Below, in pieces: positions 31,516 through 41,278 of a stretch of 64,000 nucleotides of DNA. Location of the stretch: the IMG/VR virus record IMGVR_UViG_3300028920_000022, positions 310,001-374,000 of that record. One strand, given 5' to 3'. The position numbers were made by a program, and so were the translations under genes. The notes beneath the pieces are model-generated. The model had not been told where the DNA came from. It searched no databases and was given only the letters and a program-made list of their open reading frames with translations. Position 1 is the stretch's first letter. Each line of letters starts with the position of its first letter.

Positions 31516-32477
31516 AAATTCTAGTCACAGGTAGTTCCGGGTTTCTAGGACATCATGTTCTGGAAGAATTTTATAACAAATCTAAAGAAACCATTATTTC
31601 TCCAGGAAGTATAAATTGCGATCTAACAAACCCTAATGATGTAGATAATTATTTTAAAAATACTAGGTGTGATTGTATTCTACATTTGGCTGCTGTTTGT
31701 GGCGGAATCTTGGCGAATCGCAATAGCCCTGCAGATTTTTTAGTTAAGAATTTGCAAATGGGAATAAATATATTCGAAGCTGCAAGAAAAAATGATATTA
31801 AATACGTGTATACTCTGGGTAGCGTGTGTGGTTATCCAAAGTATTGCCAAGTTCCTTTTAAGGAGGATAACCTGTGGAATGGTTATCCTGAAGGGACTAA
31901 TGCCCCGTATGGGCACGCAAAACGTACCCTTCTAATGCTTCAAAACACTTACCGAAAACAATACGGTATTAAAGGAACACACCTAATACCGGTGAACCTG
32001 TTTGGAACCCAAGACCATTTTGATCTAATCAATAGCCACGTAATTCCTGCATTAATTCGCAAGTTTCTTACTGCTGTAGATGAACCTGCTCCATCAGTAG
32101 AATTATGGGGTAGCGGGGAAGTCAGTAGGGAGTTTCTGTATGCTCCCGATTGTGCGGAAGCAATAGTTAAAACCGTTCTTATGAAGCTAGATTATCCAGA
32201 GCCCATTAATCTAGGGACAGGACGTGATATATCTATAAGGGAATTGGCAGAAACCATTGCCAAACTATGTGGATATAAAGGAGATATTGTCTTCAATACC
32301 AATATGCCAGATGGGCAACCTAAACGCAGATTAGATGTATCTAGGGCAAAAGAAGTTCTGGGTTGGGAAGCTAAAACTTCTCTGCTGGAAGGGTTAACCC
32401 ATACAATCACGTGGTACGAAGATAATAGGCACTTGACAGAGGATTCAAATGACAAGAACAACCAAAAAAGCTCGTAA
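31512..32477 (+). CDS. fcl: GDP-L-fucose synthase
   Basis: HLAAVCGGILAN, YGHAKR, SHVIPALIRK, WGSG..SREFLY, PDGQPKR. Confidence 0.9.
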   Translation: MKILVTGSSGFLGHHVLEEFYNKSKETIISPGSINCDLTNPNDVDNYFKNTRCDCILHLAAVCGGILANRNSPADFLVKNLQMGINIFEAARKNDIKYVYTLGSVCGYPKYCQVPFKEDNLWNGYPEGTNAPYGHAKRTLLMLQNTYRKQYGIKGTHLIPVNLFGTQDHFDLINSHVIPALIRKFLTAVDEPAPSVELWGSGEVSREFLYAPDCAEAIVKTVLMKLDYPEPINLGTGRDISIRELAETIAKLCGYKGDIVFNTNMPDGQPKRRLDVSRAKEVLGWEAKTSLLEGLTHTITWYEDNRHLTEDSNDKNNQKSS

Positions 32478-33033
32478 GACCACCAAGAAAACTAGCAAGA
32501 AAACTAGCAAGAAAACTAGCAAGAAAACTAGTAAGAAAACTGTAAAGAAAGCAAATGGCACCAAGGTAAGACGTGTTACTCCTGACAACACTATTAATGT
32601 TTCAGAAATAGCCTCTACATTGGGATATGATGAGTTGGCAAAACAGCTAACTGTCGAAAAACCAAAACCTGTAGTTACCGATGTTACCAGGAATGGCAAG
32701 AACGTTTATAAGCGGTATGACAATGCAAAGGTAGAGGAATCTTCGGATGAGTTTTTGCGTAAGTTTTCTGACATGAGTGAGACAGAGTTTGCTGCTTGGA
32801 TTTTGGGTAGAGAAGCTGCTGAAAAGATCGTTCAGGCTGAGGAAACCTTAGCCAAGCTGACCAAAGAATATTGGCAGGCAAAACGTAGGCTTATTTGTGC
32901 CACTCAGGCGCTTAATGCAGCTTATGCTAAACTAGAGGAAAAAGGCACTTTAGTCACTTCTAGTGAATTGTCCAAGAGCGAAGCCCGAACTGTTGTAGCG
33001 AAAGCATTAGAGGAAGAACTCTGGAATAGGTAA
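32449..33033 (+). CDS. Hypothetical protein with histone H1-like Lys-rich N-terminal tail and predicted coiled coil
   Basis: KKARKTTKKTSKKTSKKTSKKTSKKTVKK N-terminus. Confidence 0.6.
   Translation: MTRTTKKARKTTKKTSKKTSKKTSKKTSKKTVKKANGTKVRRVTPDNTINVSEIASTLGYDELAKQLTVEKPKPVVTDVTRNGKNVYKRYDNAKVEESSDEFLRKFSDMSETEFAAWILGREAAEKIVQAEETLAKLTKEYWQAKRRLICATQALNAAYAKLEEKGTLVTSSELSKSEARTVVAKALEEELWNR
32485..32541 (+). repeat. 12-bp tandem repeat (AAGAAAACTAGC), about 4.75 copies
   Basis: Three perfect units, one ending T, and one partial; encodes KKTS. Confidence 0.95.
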
Positions 33034-34010
33034 TGGGTAGGACCAAAATTTTATGCACAGGTAGTGGCGGGTTTATATTTTCTAATTTTGTTCGTCAAAT
33101 ATTAAAATTTAACCCACCATCTGTAAAAGCCAAATATGAAGTTGTTGGTGTGGATAAGTGTACTTTACCTAAAGTATTGAATACTATTTATACCAACAGA
33201 GGTCATAAGTTTCATATTGGTGATGTAACAGATAGACATTTTATGAATATTATATTTGAGCTAGAACGCCCAGATATAGTAATTCACGCTGCTGCCGAAA
33301 CTTTTGTTGATAATGCAATTGAAGATGCTAACAAATTTGTTAAAACAAATGTAGAGGGAACACAAGTTATAATAGACATGTGTTTAAAATGGAATGTAAA
33401 AAGATGTGTGTACATCTCTACTGACGAAGTATATGGGCATCTGGTTAGTGAAGATTTATCGTCTTGGACGGAACATTCTATTCTTAATCCACGCAACCCA
33501 TATTCTGCCACCAAGGCAGCTGGCGAGTTGCTAATAAGAGCTGCACATGAAACTCATGGATTGCCCTATAATATTACTCGATCTTGCAACAATTATGGTC
33601 CCAGACAACCAGTTCGTAATCTAATCCCTAAAATTATTGCCAACATTCATCATGAGAGACCGGTGCCTATTTTTGGCCAAGGTATGCAGATACGTGATTG
33701 GATCCATGTTCAGGACTGTTGTGCTGCAATAATTAAAATAATAGAAGATGCTCCACTTAATGAAATATATAACATATCTGCAAAACAGGAATATACGAAT
33801 ATAGAGGTATTTCATGAGATTTGCAATATATTGGGTCGAGGGCATGATCTATTAAAGTTTGTTGAAGACAGAAGGGGACATGATTTTCGATACTCAATAA
33901 ACAACCAAAAAATGTTAGATTTAGGTTGGGAACCCAAATTCAAGTTTAAAGCTGGGTTAGAGCATACGGTCGATTGGTACATGAAAAACACTTGGTTTTT
34001 GAAGGATTAA
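33033..34010 (+). CDS. rfbB: dTDP-glucose 4,6-dehydratase
   Basis: TGSGGFI, HAAAETFVD, ISTDEVYG, PYSATKA, NNYGPRQ, RDWIHVQD, DRRGHDFRY. Confidence 0.9.
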   Translation: MGRTKILCTGSGGFIFSNFVRQILKFNPPSVKAKYEVVGVDKCTLPKVLNTIYTNRGHKFHIGDVTDRHFMNIIFELERPDIVIHAAAETFVDNAIEDANKFVKTNVEGTQVIIDMCLKWNVKRCVYISTDEVYGHLVSEDLSSWTEHSILNPRNPYSATKAAGELLIRAAHETHGLPYNITRSCNNYGPRQPVRNLIPKIIANIHHERPVPIFGQGMQIRDWIHVQDCCAAIIKIIEDAPLNEIYNISAKQEYTNIEVFHEICNILGRGHDLLKFVEDRRGHDFRYSINNQKMLDLGWEPKFKFKAGLEHTVDWYMKNTWFLKD

Positions 34011-34013
34011 ACT

Positions 34014-34289
34014 GTGGGCAAGAAAGTATTTAAAAATGTGGAAGAGTTTTTGGAATCCGTATTGGCTTATCCACGCCGAGTAAAATTAAACGAAACTTCA
34101 AAATATGTTTCTTTTAAGGCAGATGACGGAGTTGTGTTTTCTATTAGCAAATCAGATTATGATAAAGGTATAAAAAAGGCAAATATTCCATATAGGGTTG
34201 GTGTTTTTGCTCAAGCTATGACCAGCAAAGCGGGGCAAGAGAAGTATTGTGAATCGTTGAACTATGGAAAGCCAGATTTTGAGGAATAA
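34014..34289 (+). CDS. Hypothetical protein
   Basis: 91-aa ORF in the operon; GTG start preceded by AAGGA. Confidence 0.5.
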   Translation: MGKKVFKNVEEFLESVLAYPRRVKLNETSKYVSFKADDGVVFSISKSDYDKGIKKANIPYRVGVFAQAMTSKAGQEKYCESLNYGKPDFEE

Positions 34290-34291
34290 AT

Positions 34292-34651
34292 ATGGATAAT
34301 TTAATTGATAAGATTGTACCATATTTACAAGCCAGGCTGTCAGATTCTGATGGGCAAGTTTTTGATATAGAAGATTTAAAGAAATTTATAAGAATATCTA
34401 TAAGTATTAATGCGCCATATCCTGATAATGATTTAGATAATTACTTTAAAATTCATTTGGAAAGCATAGTTAGTTATGCTGCTGTTAAAGCTTTGGCTGC
34501 ACATGCGTTGAAAGAAAAGGGTTGCGAGTTTAGAGATGTCACTGACACCACATTGCCACCTAAATTGAGTGAGTTTTTGTTACAGGCGTCTCAACAAGAG
34601 TTTGATAGTTGGATGCGTATAAAAGAATTAGAGGAAAGAAATGGGAGTTAA
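34292..34651 (+). CDS. Hypothetical protein
   Basis: 119-aa ORF with GAGG RBS. Confidence 0.55.
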   Translation: MDNLIDKIVPYLQARLSDSDGQVFDIEDLKKFIRISISINAPYPDNDLDNYFKIHLESIVSYAAVKALAAHALKEKGCEFRDVTDTTLPPKLSEFLLQASQQEFDSWMRIKELEERNGS

Positions 34652-36011
34652 AACAGAAGTAGTATCTGAAAAACCAGAAGAAATTGAAGATGACATTTCG
34701 CAAGAACCAGTTTCCGCCTCAAACGAAGATGAGGGTGTGAATCAGGACAAATTAGCAGAACTGAAAGCCAAAATGGCTTCAAAAAAACAAGGAGACAAAG
34801 TGCCACCACGTATAGTAGAAAAAAAGAAAAAGAGTCTTAATTTGGGCATTATAGGAAGCGGACAAGGAGGTTCGCGCGTTGCTTCTGCCTTCTATTCGCT
34901 AGGTTATAACGCTATTGTTTTTAACACTGCGCCTCAAGATTTAGAAGCAATTGATATTCCTGAAGATAAAAAATATCTTTTGGAGTATGGCATCGGTGGT
35001 GCCGCTAAAGATATACAAATTGGACATGATGCCGCAGAAGCTCACCGAGATGGTATAAACGCTTTAATCCAAGAGGAGTTGGCTGACGCCCAGGTTTTTG
35101 TGCTGTGTTTTAGTTTGGGTGGGGGCTCGGGCGCAGGATCGTTTGAGACAATAGTTGAGATTTTGGCAGAAACTGGACGACCTATTGTGGTTATTACGGT
35201 TCTTCCCATGAGCACAGATGATGCTTTAACTAAAAACAATTCATTACAAACACTATCTAAACTAAGCCAAATAGCACAAAATAAGGGAATTAATAATATC
35301 ATTGTTGTTGATAATGCTAAGCTGGAAACAATTTATAGTGATGTTGGTCATATGGATTTCTTTAAAGTAGGAAATCAGGCTATTGTTGAACCAATTGATG
35401 CTTTTAACCATCTTTCGTCTTTGGCGTCTCATGATAAGAGTATGGACCCAATGGAGTGGGCAAAGGTGCTTACTGATGGCGAAGGGTTTTGTGTGTATGG
35501 CGAAATGACTGTAGAAAACTATGAAGAAGAAACTGCCATTGCTGAGGCTGTATTGAACAACTTAGACAAGGGACTTTTGGCTAGTGGTTTTGATCTTGAG
35601 CAAACCAAATATGCTGGCGCGTTGGTCGTAGCCAATGAAAACGTGTGGAAGAAGATCCACCATGGTAGCGTAAATTATGCTATGAGTTTAATTAAAGAAA
35701 CCTGCAGCAGTGCTGAAGGTGTTTATCGTGGAACCTATGAAGTAGATATGGACCGAGATGTGGTCAAGGTTTATTCTATCTTCTCAGGTCTGGGACTTCC
35801 TGATAGCCGTGTACAACAGCTTAAAAAGGAAGCCGAAGCTGAAATTGCTAAAGCAAAACAACAAGCTAAAACCCGTAATACTAAGTTAACTCTGGATACT
35901 GGGACAGATAAGGTTGTTTCAAAGGCAGATGAAGTACGTGCGAAAATTGCCAAACGTAGCTCCTCGTTTGGTAAGAACTTTGCCAGTGGCAAAGATTTTC
36001 GTAAAAAGTAA
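34641..36011 (+). CDS. Tubulin/FtsZ-family GTPase (PhuZ/TubZ-like)
   Basis: GSGQGGSRVA, NTAPQDL, GGAAKD, signature SLGGGSGAG, VVDN; acidic N-terminal extension and basic C-terminal tail. Confidence 0.88.
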   Translation: MGVKTEVVSEKPEEIEDDISQEPVSASNEDEGVNQDKLAELKAKMASKKQGDKVPPRIVEKKKKSLNLGIIGSGQGGSRVASAFYSLGYNAIVFNTAPQDLEAIDIPEDKKYLLEYGIGGAAKDIQIGHDAAEAHRDGINALIQEELADAQVFVLCFSLGGGSGAGSFETIVEILAETGRPIVVITVLPMSTDDALTKNNSLQTLSKLSQIAQNKGINNIIVVDNAKLETIYSDVGHMDFFKVGNQAIVEPIDAFNHLSSLASHDKSMDPMEWAKVLTDGEGFCVYGEMTVENYEEETAIAEAVLNNLDKGLLASGFDLEQTKYAGALVVANENVWKKIHHGSVNYAMSLIKETCSSAEGVYRGTYEVDMDRDVVKVYSIFSGLGLPDSRVQQLKKEAEAEIAKAKQQAKTRNTKLTLDTGTDKVVSKADEVRAKIAKRSSSFGKNFASGKDFRKK

Positions 36012-37522
36012 TGCCAAAACTGATAATTGATAACAATAAACGGTGCCACCTTGATGACGAAAATGATGTTGATTTTCTCAGGGAGCTAGATACAGAATTA
36101 TCGTTTAATGTTCAAGGGGCACAATATACTGCGGCTTTCAAACATGGGTGGATGGATCCGTTCGAGGGGAAGTTTGTCCGCTGGGATGGAACGCAAAGAT
36201 TCCTGGAAGAAACGAATCTAAGTTTTCCTATTGGTTTGCGCCGCAGAGTAGAAGAGTTTTATGCTGGAAAAGCCAGGGATTTGGAAATATCAGATCTCCG
36301 TCCTCAGAAAACTATAAGCGATTGGGATCAATATCAGTATCCTGATGTTATTGCCCGGTTGCAAGAATGGGGGAAAATTCCGTACCCTCACCAGTTGGAA
36401 ACATTAAACGTTGTTAAACAACATGATCATGGTATTATTCGTATTGGTACCGGAGGGGGTAAAACCATCTGCGCAGCACTAATTGTCGCTAATCGTTGTA
36501 AAAAGTCTATCATTTATGTGGTAGGAAAAGACTTATTATATCAGATTTATAAACTGTTTTGTGCACTGTTTGATCAAGATAAAACAGAAATTGGTATTGT
36601 TGGCGATGGACAATGCAAAATAGGTGATATAAACATTGTCAGCGTTTGGACAGCAGGTTGCGCTTTGGGTATGAAGAAGGGCAATGTCTTGTTTGAATCT
36701 GATGGAGACGAAGCTCCGGTAGAGCCAGCAAAATATGTTGCTATCCGTCAAATGATGAAGGATGCCAAGCTCCATCTTCTGGATGAGTGTCATGTTGCTG
36801 CTTGCCAAACTATTCAGGAGTTGTCCAGACATATAAACCCTGAGTTTCTTTATGGTATGTCTGCTTCCCCTTGGCGAGATGATGGGGCAGATCTTATGAT
36901 AGAAAGCATTCTCGGAAATAGAATTATAGATATTTCCGCCAGCACGCTAATTAAACAAGGTCTTCTTGTTAAACCAATTATTAAATTCAAAAGAGTGCCG
37001 GGAACAAAAGTGGGAACAAATTACCAATCTATTTATAAAAACTATATAGTAGAAAACGATATAAGAAATAAAATGGTAACAGATTCCGCAGAAAACTTGG
37101 TCAAGAAGGGATATAAAACATTAGTTCTGTACAATAGTTTAAAACATGGAAAAATATTGGAAAAGCAAATTTCCCAACGAATACCTTGTAAGCTTTTGAG
37201 CGGGAAGGACCCTACTAGTGTAAGGGAATATGCCAGAGAGGATTTATTAAATAACAAGATAAATTGTATTATAGCATCAAGAATCTTTGATCTTGGGGTA
37301 GATATTCCTGAGTTGTCGGGATTAATTGTTGCCGGAAGTGGAAAAAGCTCAGTAAGAGCGTTGCAAAGGATCGGTCGAGTCATTCGTAGCAACCCAGGAA
37401 AGAAGGTAGCAGCCGTTATAGATTTTGTGGATGATGCCAAATATTTAAAGGATCATGCTCAATCTAGGAAACGAATCTATAGCAGCGAAGAAGAATTTGA
37501 TATTCGATGGCCAACCAAATGA
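36011..37522 (+). CDS. Superfamily II DExH helicase (UvsW/ResIII-like)
   Basis: GTGGGKT, LDECH, MSASP, GVDIPEL, QRIGRVIR. Confidence 0.92.
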   Translation: MPKLIIDNNKRCHLDDENDVDFLRELDTELSFNVQGAQYTAAFKHGWMDPFEGKFVRWDGTQRFLEETNLSFPIGLRRRVEEFYAGKARDLEISDLRPQKTISDWDQYQYPDVIARLQEWGKIPYPHQLETLNVVKQHDHGIIRIGTGGGKTICAALIVANRCKKSIIYVVGKDLLYQIYKLFCALFDQDKTEIGIVGDGQCKIGDINIVSVWTAGCALGMKKGNVLFESDGDEAPVEPAKYVAIRQMMKDAKLHLLDECHVAACQTIQELSRHINPEFLYGMSASPWRDDGADLMIESILGNRIIDISASTLIKQGLLVKPIIKFKRVPGTKVGTNYQSIYKNYIVENDIRNKMVTDSAENLVKKGYKTLVLYNSLKHGKILEKQISQRIPCKLLSGKDPTSVREYAREDLLNNKINCIIASRIFDLGVDIPELSGLIVAGSGKSSVRALQRIGRVIRSNPGKKVAAVIDFVDDAKYLKDHAQSRKRIYSSEEEFDIRWPTK

Positions 37523-38094
37523 CTATACCAACTGATGGGCTTTCTAAACATTGGCAAAAATTCTTTAAGCGGTTTGATGAAATTGATACCCTTAAAGTAT
37601 CACAATGGAAAGAAGTTCATTTTCTAGCTTATATTTGTAAACGTTTTAAAGATACGTTTGGTAGAAACTTTTCTGTCACTATTCAAAATTGCCCATCAAA
37701 ATCTCCAGATATTTATGCAATAAAAAGAATTATTGCTATGTTGGGAACCACCAACATGCGCACAGTAAAAGAATATATTGATTGGGTTTATGATAAAAAG
37801 ATAGTGCCAAAAAGAACACGTATAAGAAAAGTTGGATATTTTCTTACATCCGGGTTTGGTAATGAGTTTTATTTTGATAGGAAACAGGCGCCTAAAATAA
37901 AAAGATCAACTGAACTTCCCGATGATTATAAACGTGTTGCTACCACCTTGGGTGTCTCAGCTTCTACTTATGGCGATTTGGCGTTTATTAAAATGGCAGC
38001 CGATCAATCCCAATCGAGCCCATATAACGTGTTGTTTGCTAATTTGGAGGCAATGGGGTTCGATCTTGATATATTAAAGGAGATTGCAGAATGA
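37507..38094 (+). CDS. Hypothetical protein in replication module
   Basis: 195-aa ORF between the helicase and the loader. Confidence 0.55.
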   Translation: MANQMTIPTDGLSKHWQKFFKRFDEIDTLKVSQWKEVHFLAYICKRFKDTFGRNFSVTIQNCPSKSPDIYAIKRIIAMLGTTNMRTVKEYIDWVYDKKIVPKRTRIRKVGYFLTSGFGNEFYFDRKQAPKIKRSTELPDDYKRVATTLGVSASTYGDLAFIKMAADQSQSSPYNVLFANLEAMGFDLDILKEIAE

Positions 38095-38585
38095 GTATTG
38101 ATATTCCACAAAAAGATGATCAAATATTTATTAAATTGGTTGGAGCAGCTAGCGGTGATTATTGTTCGGTTATAGATTGGGGAGCAGACGGTTGGAATCA
38201 GAAATGGGCAATTTTAAATGTAAATGGCACAAAGTGTCAAATAAATATATCTCAAATAGCCCATTTTAACATTATTAAACGTGGTGATTCTAAACAATAT
38301 ACAATTAATAAATCTGCTAAACATGATAATCCCGCTTTAGCTAGAGCAACAAAACAGGCAATAGCTACAGTTACTAAAATGGAAAAGAGAGTCGAGCCCG
38401 ATCCAGATCCTACACCAGAATTACAAGGAGTGACTGATCCGACTCTGCGTGCCTTGAAATTGGTGGATTTGCGTAAAACACAGCAGAAAATTAAGGCAGA
38501 GCAAATTAGGGATCATATGACCGATTCGGAATTAAAACCTGTGAAACATCATTATGAAATGCCCAGCTTTAAGAAACGTACCTGA
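38091..38585 (+). CDS. Hypothetical protein
   Basis: 164-aa ORF with AAGGAG RBS and ATGA coupling. Confidence 0.55.
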   Translation: MSIDIPQKDDQIFIKLVGAASGDYCSVIDWGADGWNQKWAILNVNGTKCQINISQIAHFNIIKRGDSKQYTINKSAKHDNPALARATKQAIATVTKMEKRVEPDPDPTPELQGVTDPTLRALKLVDLRKTQQKIKAEQIRDHMTDSELKPVKHHYEMPSFKKRT

Positions 38586-39249
38586 AAATAAATTAACATT
38601 TGCTTTAAAACAAATAGATGAGAATTATGACGACGATTCCGTAATGGTTCGTCGTAAAGCCTGTCATAGATATTTCGATGCCAATATTCCCGTTAGATAT
38701 TGGAATCTGGAAATGCATCGGGATTTTGAGGGCGATAATGGTATCCTGTCTTATTATAAAAACCTGATAACGGACATCCCGAAATTATATAACGAGGGAT
38801 TAGCTATTATTTTAGCTGGGGGCTTTGGACGTGGCAAAACGATGGTTGCCACCAACTTGCTTAAACGCGCCTTAGAAAAAGGATATACCGGTCTGTACGT
38901 CGGTCTCAATGATGTTATTTCTGCAATTACATCTAATGAGAAATTTACAGCCAGACGGGAATTATTAGAAGCACATTTTCTAGTAATAGACGAATTTGAT
39001 TCCCGGCACATGGCGCAAAGCGGAAATGCTCAAGATTTCTTCGGAAGAATTATAGAAGATATCCTAAGAATACGTTTAAATAACCAAATGCCGATCATTT
39101 TGTGTACTAACAATATTGATGTAGTTTCCGCATTTAGGGACAGTTTGCAGGAGAGTTTAGCCAGTTTGATGAACTATATGGATATTGTGCCGGTTTTGGG
39201 TTCAGATTATCGTCCAATAGAGAAACAGAAAAGGCTTAGTGGAGAGTAA
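38554..39249 (+). CDS. DnaC/IstB-like AAA+ helicase loader
   Basis: ANIPVRY, Walker A GGFGRGKT, Walker B LVIDE, R..NQMPIILCTN; adjacent to DnaB. Confidence 0.85.
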   Translation: MKCPALRNVPENKLTFALKQIDENYDDDSVMVRRKACHRYFDANIPVRYWNLEMHRDFEGDNGILSYYKNLITDIPKLYNEGLAIILAGGFGRGKTMVATNLLKRALEKGYTGLYVGLNDVISAITSNEKFTARRELLEAHFLVIDEFDSRHMAQSGNAQDFFGRIIEDILRIRLNNQMPIILCTNNIDVVSAFRDSLQESLASLMNYMDIVPVLGSDYRPIEKQKRLSGE

Positions 39250-39251
39250 TT

Positions 39252-40697
39252 ATGGATTGGGACTTATTAAGAGCCATTTCTCAACATCAAAAATTAGCAT
39301 TAGATTTTTCTCTCCAATATGATGAGAGGATGTTTCTTGACAATAATGCCCAGCTTTTAGGTAGAGCATTTATTGATTATGTAAGAACATTCAAGAATCG
39401 TCCCACCAAACGTTCCATGTCTGAAGTCTATTCTTCAGATACCCAAATGTTGGGATTGATCGAAAATTTCTACAACAAACATAATACTCCCTATGATGAG
39501 GCAGATTATAGTTTTGATTTAGCTAGACTCAAACAACGATTTGGGGAAACCAAAATCAAAGAGGTCAAGGAATATCTCAATGCTGGCTCTTCTACAGATC
39601 TCACCAGTGCTATAAAGCATATTCAGAAACAGATTAACGAGGTTAAATCTGTTAGTTCTTCTAATCAAATATTTGCTCGTCAGACTCTAAAAGATCATAT
39701 TCCCGACTTTAAGAGAGATTATGTAGCCAAGACAAAAGATAAGGATCTTGGTAGGGGGATATTAACTGGTTACTCTTTTCTTGATTATATAAATAATGGG
39801 TTTAGACCGTCAGATTTGGTGATTATTGCAGCCGAGACTGGTGCGGGGAAGTCTATGTTTATGAGCAATATGGCGATCCAAACTTGGATGCAGAAGAATC
39901 AAATTACCACTCCAACGGATCAATTGCAAAAAGGATATAACGTTACTTACTTCAGTTTGGAAATGCCATATAGGGATTGTTTTCGTAGAGTTTTAGCTAG
40001 GCTCGCTGATGTTCCAAATTATGGTATTCGAGACGCAACTCTAACCCAAGCCGAGGCAGAATCGGTAATAACTGCGTTTGATTTTATCCAACGTTACCCT
40101 CATGAGTTTGACATTGTAGATGTACCCAGAGGGTTTTCAGTAGAGCAGTTGGAGCTGAAATTCGAGGAAATAAAAGCTGATTATACTCCAGATATTATAT
40201 TTATTGATTATATGGGTTTAATGGAGGATATGGATGAAGATTCGGAAGACTGGTTGGCATTGGGCAAATTAGCGGGGAAAATACATGAATTTGCCCGTGT
40301 ATATGGAATACCGGTAGTAACAGCTGTACAATTGAATCGATTGGCTCCCAGCAAAAATCAAACCGAGGTTCAGACAATAGGATTGCATAGAATAGGGCGC
40401 TCTTCTTTAATGGCACAGCATGCGACAGTGGTTATTCAGATTGAATCCCGTCCAGATGAGGATACCCACGATGATTTCATTTATCATATAATTAAGAATC
40501 GTGATGGGGAATCACGCAAGAAACATACCATTTGGAAGAATTTTAGTCATTCTTCGATTACGGATAAACCATATAATTCTAAAGATAATGAGAATTGGTC
40601 AGAGGAGGATGACATTTCAGTGGATATGTCAGGAATATTAGGACTTTTTGCGGATGAAAACACCAAAACAGACAGTAGCCAAAGCGATCAGGGTTGA
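39252..40697 (+). CDS. dnaB: Replicative DNA helicase
   Basis: TGYSFLD..GF, AAETGAGKS, FSLEM, IFIDY, TAVQLNR, IIKNRDG. Confidence 0.92.
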   Translation: MDWDLLRAISQHQKLALDFSLQYDERMFLDNNAQLLGRAFIDYVRTFKNRPTKRSMSEVYSSDTQMLGLIENFYNKHNTPYDEADYSFDLARLKQRFGETKIKEVKEYLNAGSSTDLTSAIKHIQKQINEVKSVSSSNQIFARQTLKDHIPDFKRDYVAKTKDKDLGRGILTGYSFLDYINNGFRPSDLVIIAAETGAGKSMFMSNMAIQTWMQKNQITTPTDQLQKGYNVTYFSLEMPYRDCFRRVLARLADVPNYGIRDATLTQAEAESVITAFDFIQRYPHEFDIVDVPRGFSVEQLELKFEEIKADYTPDIIFIDYMGLMEDMDEDSEDWLALGKLAGKIHEFARVYGIPVVTAVQLNRLAPSKNQTEVQTIGLHRIGRSSLMAQHATVVIQIESRPDEDTHDDFIYHIIKNRDGESRKKHTIWKNFSHSSITDKPYNSKDNENWSEEDDISVDMSGILGLFADENTKTDSSQSDQG

Positions 40698-40833
40698 GCA
40701 CGATCCAGACTCTGATGACTTATTTTTGGTTTTTGAGATTGTAGATGATGATTTCAAACGAAGAATCAAGCGAGATTGGACCGATGATATAGAATTAAAG
40801 TTGATAGGTAAAAATCTCGTATTGGAGGAATAA
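40654..40833 (+). CDS. Small hypothetical protein
   Basis: MKTPKQTVAK...; TAATG-coupled to the next gene. Confidence 0.5.
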   Translation: MKTPKQTVAKAIRVEHDPDSDDLFLVFEIVDDDFKRRIKRDWTDDIELKLIGKNLVLEE

Positions 40834-41150
40834 TGCCATTTTATGATCATGAATGTGATTTTTGCGGGTATATTTGGGAGGATTTTTATTCCATGGTTGA
40901 TGATCCGCCCACAACCTGTCCCAGCTGTAACACTACCGGAAAAGTAAAAAGGCTTATTTCCAACAATATAGCCGTGAGGGTAGCTTTACATGGTCAGGAA
41001 TTAAAAGACAAAATTAATGAAGACAGAAAGAAAATGTCCAGAGAAGTAGCTAAAGATGAGAATCTGAGGGCTAATATTATGGGTGAGGATAAATATCATC
41101 AAGATCAGATTCGAAGCAAAGAATTGGATGATAATCTTAAACAATTATGA
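40833..41150 (+). CDS. FmdB-family zinc ribbon protein
   Basis: MPFYDHECDFCG...CPSC...VKRLIS; GGAGG RBS. Confidence 0.8.
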   Translation: MPFYDHECDFCGYIWEDFYSMVDDPPTTCPSCNTTGKVKRLISNNIAVRVALHGQELKDKINEDRKKMSREVAKDENLRANIMGEDKYHQDQIRSKELDDNLKQL

Positions 41151-41278
41151 AAAGTCGTTTAATCGCAATATTAAAAATATTACTTGATATAGATGATATA
41201 GAAATTATCAAATGTGTTATCGAGTCTTTGATTGAAGAGCTTGGTGACAACGATAGTTCCATTGACAAAGGAGATTAA
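41147..41278 (+). CDS. 43-aa small protein (below ORF-track threshold)
   Basis: MKSRLIAILKILLDIDDIEIIKCVIESLIEELGDNDSSIDKGD; ATGA overlap upstream and TAATG overlap with the sigma gene. Confidence 0.6.
   Translation: MKSRLIAILKILLDIDDIEIIKCVIESLIEELGDNDSSIDKGD

Noticed and set aside
32485-32541. CRISPR-like array
   Set aside because: Contiguous 12-bp coding repeat with no spacers; no cas genes in the window.
7834-34010. Bacterial chromosomal O-antigen or capsule locus
   Set aside because: No recognisable wzx, wzy, wzm/wzt or initiating transferase. The cluster is flanked by, and coupled to, phage-type structural and replication genes.
34641-36011. Nucleus-forming (chimallin) phage
   Set aside because: Tubulin alone is insufficient; no chimallin or multisubunit phage RNAP is recognisable in this window.
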